A stretch of DNA of 64,000 nucleotides from positions 7,855,122 to 7,919,121 of the forward strand of contig NC_134030.1 of NCBI RefSeq assembly GCF_964204645.1. Direction: 5' to 3'. This DNA comes from Tubulanus polymorphus. Its lineage: Eukaryota > Animalia > Nemertea. A model generated the notes under the pieces. It was not told the DNA's origin. It worked only from the letters and a program-made list of their open reading frames with translations, and ran no database searches. This document shows positions 60,562 to 64,000 of this stretch, piece after piece; within the stretch, counting starts at the first letter, position 1; every line of letters begins with the position of its first letter. The position numbers and the translations under genes are program-made.

Positions 60562-63500
60562 CTAATCAGAGCGGTACAGCATCACAGCACATGCGATTAA
60601 CAAAGCCTGAAACGAGAAAAAAGATGGCTTTTTGACGAACGACAATAGAATATACGGAGTCGCAGATGAGACAGAGAAAGGTTTTGTCTCGTGTAAACGA
60701 ACTACTCGGTATTTCCAAAGTATATATGAATTGAACCGTATTTAGAAAAATTACCAATCGAAATATACCGTTCATGTTCAAGTTCTCATAATCTCACGCG
60801 CATATTATGTATTGCGAGCAATATACAACACCTACCTGGAAAATGACACCAAGAATAAAAACAACGATAATCCACGCCTGGTTGTTCTTAATCAAGTCTT
60901 CAAGTTTGGTCCAACAAGGCTGTGGAGGCAATTGACGAATATCTCGATTAAGAATTTGTTTTCAGCGTCAGGCTTTAAAGCAGTTTTTACGTAACTGGCA
61001 ATTATTCAGTTATGAACGATGTCAATGATTTATTCGAATTACATTTACCATTTCATAATTGGAATTCGTGGTGTCTGGTGTTTCCAAGCAATTAATGTCG
61101 TTGATGTTATCGAGGACGAAGTCAGACAATCTTGACGATGCTGGCCACGTGAGGTTTGTCCGCTTGCAACAAGCTGCAGGGATCTCCTATGAAATCCGAC
61201 AAATAGAACTCATTAGGCATTTTAATTACTTAAAAGTACGCATTTTGAGATGGAAGGGAAAAAATGAACGAAAAAAGATGCCACGGAAGAACTGCTGAAA
61301 AAATAATATGCGAGCGAAAATTGTGATGAATTGGATTCGGATAATGGGAAAAAATAAAGAATTAAACTAAATTTAACGCAAAACACGATTATTGGATATC
61401 AAGATGAACGTGACTTTTGCAAGTTACTAGATTGAAAATCAAGACGGACATAACAAAAAAAGACGAATGACGACTATATTCTTTTTAAATTTGATGATTT
61501 TTTGCAGAATTCTAGGTGGCGGATCCGTTCTCTGAGTATTGAACAAAGGCCTTGATAACGAAGACGAATAGATTTTCGTTGTATTAACGACTATTAAATC
61601 GTTTTACCTGGGTAAAGTCATTACTTATTTGGTTCGATACGTCAAAAGGACCGACACCGCCTATAAATGTTCGATTCCACTTCGGAGCTGTATAGAAATC
61701 GCTGTAGTTCGTCAAACCGCAGCATTCGCCCTGAAATCAAGCACAAAACTACAAAATTCACGAGGAGACCTGTTAATAGAAGTACTATATAGGTTAACTA
61801 TTTATTTGACGCACGAGCTTAGTAGCGAAAGCTCGTGCGTCAAATAGATAGTTAACCTTTAAAGTACTTCTCGTGTCATTATTGATTCTAAACCCGGTTA
61901 ACACGGCTACTCTACGAATCTTCTCATCGTAACGATATACACGTCAAAGCTAAGTTTCAAGGCTTTAAGTTTAGGTTCAGGGCATATTAAGACCGCATCT
62001 AATTAGTTAAATTGGTTATAAAAGACTCCTGTCAGGCCAGTTGCGCAGTCAAGGCTTCGATAAAATACCAGTCTATAAGATCATCTCAGTTCTGTATAAC
62101 CAATCAAACAACTTGAGACCAGTCTCAGAACTTAAGGAATTTGCGACTGGCCCCTGACTCGATCGAGCTTTGGGCTCGATCGAGGTCCAGTTTTCGAAGC
62201 TTATTTCAGGGGTAGATTTCAATTTTTGATATTGAAAATCAAGGGAGAGTATTCAGAGGGTGTATCGAAACAAAAATGGCCGAACACTTACGAATATCAT
62301 GCCGATATTGAGCAACTGCGATTCGGGAGTTGTGCCGTTTACTCCACCGAAAACCTTATTGATGACTCCTTTCATTTCGGTTTGCACTTTAGTTCTGACT
62401 TCGTTTTTCTTAGCAGCAATCACAATGGCGGCGATGATTTGAGCACCGAGAATAACGCTGACTAGGATAACATACTATAAGAAAAACAAACTAATTCAAC
62501 TAATTGGCAATGGTTTATCTTTGTCCTGTATAAGAATTATATATATTTTAAACTGTGTATTGAGTAACTTAATCAGTTTTTATTTTCTGTACTTATATTC
62601 GACCATACGTACTAAATACTAAATAGTGAGGAGAATCCATTTATTATTACCTCGGTAACTTATATCTAAAAATAGTTTGATTGTTCAAGTAGTTCGCAGA
62701 TCTCGTAATCGAGGGGCATGTAGAAATAAAACCAGAAAAAGAATTTGATATTTTTGGAGCTTCATTCTATTCATGATTTTCGTGAATTCCAGAGAGGCTA
62801 TGAAAAAATGTCATTGAATCAGGGTTGGAAATAGACACGAGTAGTTCGTATAGTCTCTCTGAATCTCCACCGGTATCTACTCACGATAAGCAGGCATATT
62901 TTGTTTTTGCAATACGCTCCGCAACAGCCGAAAAACCCAAGCCCGAAGAAAATGGCACCGACAACGATTAAGGGTATCGCCAATTGGGTCGCGAAGCTTT
63001 TTAACTGGTCCGCCTGTCCGATGGACGATATGATCTTATCAATGGGTAAATCGGCGGGAATCGCGTTCAAACTGTTCAACGGCAGCGTTTTGAGGAAGTT
63101 CAGCAATATGGTATGCACCGCGAAATGGAAGGCTATCCCCAGTCCGAGCAGAACGAGTCCGAGTATCTAAGGAATGAAGAAAAACTGGTTGTTACATTGA
63201 CATGTTCTTGACAATCACCAAGTATGAATATTACATTTTATGACTATTGGCGATCAAAGTCTCCAATTGTCAGACTACCTTTGGTGACTTAACTCAATCG
63301 CTACGTGAGCAATGATAGGCAATGTTAGGCTGAAGATATCATCTTTAGCAATTCTATTGTGAGACTAGAACATTATAATGATATAGATTGATCATAACCC
63401 TTTTCAAAAACGAGCTTTCGTATTCATTGATTCAGGGTTTTTCAAAATGTCTACGACGGTGCATAACGAATGAAAATTTGATGGAATGAAAAAAGAAAAA

Positions 63501-64000
63501 CGATACTTCAAAGTGAAACTTTAAAAAAGATATCGTATTCAAGCTGAATTCCGCAAAAAAAGGTAGTCTCGAAGCTCCACCTATATCATGAGTCATCGAC
63601 GTTTATTCAACTTTAAGTTGGCGGTGCCAAAAACATTCCGATTAATGATCGTGTTCTATAAAACCGGTTAAGACTGTTTCGGCGTATTCGGGATTTCCTC
63701 CGTACAAAATATTCATACATTTTGTACCATGAATCGTACGTACACACTACCAAATAATGAATATGAAATACCCGTTGTTTCCGTATTGTACACGGTAGAG
63801 TGACCTCCTGCTCTTAATTTCGAATTTGCGAGGAAACCAAATTGGTTTCCTTGCAAATTCGAAACAATCCGGCCTGATTCAACATTTTTATCTCGACTGT
63901 CGATCAAGAGACGATCGGCCGATAATTCAGACCGAAATCTAGTCAAACAATTCTGTACTTACCACCCAAATGATGTTGAACACCACCAGCAGGACTTTCG
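60562..64000 (-). CDS. Tetraspanin (5' end outside window)
   Basis: Exons >64000-63963 (KVLLVVFNIIWV), 63166-62885 (..LGFFGCCGAYCKNKICLLI), 62474-62292, 61730-61608 (ECCG..NYSDF), 61186-61049 (PAACC..C), 60919-60836 (PCW.. TM4), 60606-60562 (stop); all phase 0; four TM helices and a 6-Cys large extracellular loop. Confidence 0.92.
61779..61870. repeat. Long palindromic hairpin (dispersed repeat family)
   Basis: ~42-bp arms GAAGTACT..GTTAACTATTTATTTGACGCACGAGCTT / AAGCTCGTGCGTCAAATAGATAGTTAAC..AGTACTTC with an 8-nt loop; related sequence at ~28600-28680 and flanking the 31999-34138 transposon. Confidence 0.75.

Overview
Eukaryotic, intron-rich genomic DNA from an invertebrate animal (AT-rich, no obvious CpG depletion, short GT-AG introns); the species cannot be named from sequence alone. 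All gene models were spliced by hand and checked for frame. Genes: (1) a 27-coding-exon, ~2630-aa type-I membrane protein on + (signal peptide, EMI, 17 EGF/cbEGF, a ~1500-aa unrecognised beta/helical region containing a long coiled-coil hairpin with a 10-Cys hydrophobic tip, two furin-type sites, 2 Ig domains, GCC2/GCC3 repeat, TM, NPxY); (2) a bursicon-beta gene with two disabling lesions; (3,4) two paralogous C-type-lectin/mucin receptors whose first CTLD is split by an inserted WSC domain; (5) an orphan acidic 412-aa ORF; (6) an apparently secreted Ly6/uPAR three-finger protein; (7) a tetraspanin truncated by the window end. Introns carry many mobile elements, notably a CA..TG / 7-bp-TSD DNA transposon holding a RAG1-N-terminus-like zinc-finger remnant, two Penelope-type insertions with minimal hammerhead ribozymes, IS3EU-like and Harbinger-like non-autonomous elements, tRNA-derived SINEs and LINE remnants. 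No database searches were run; family assignments rest on recognised motifs.
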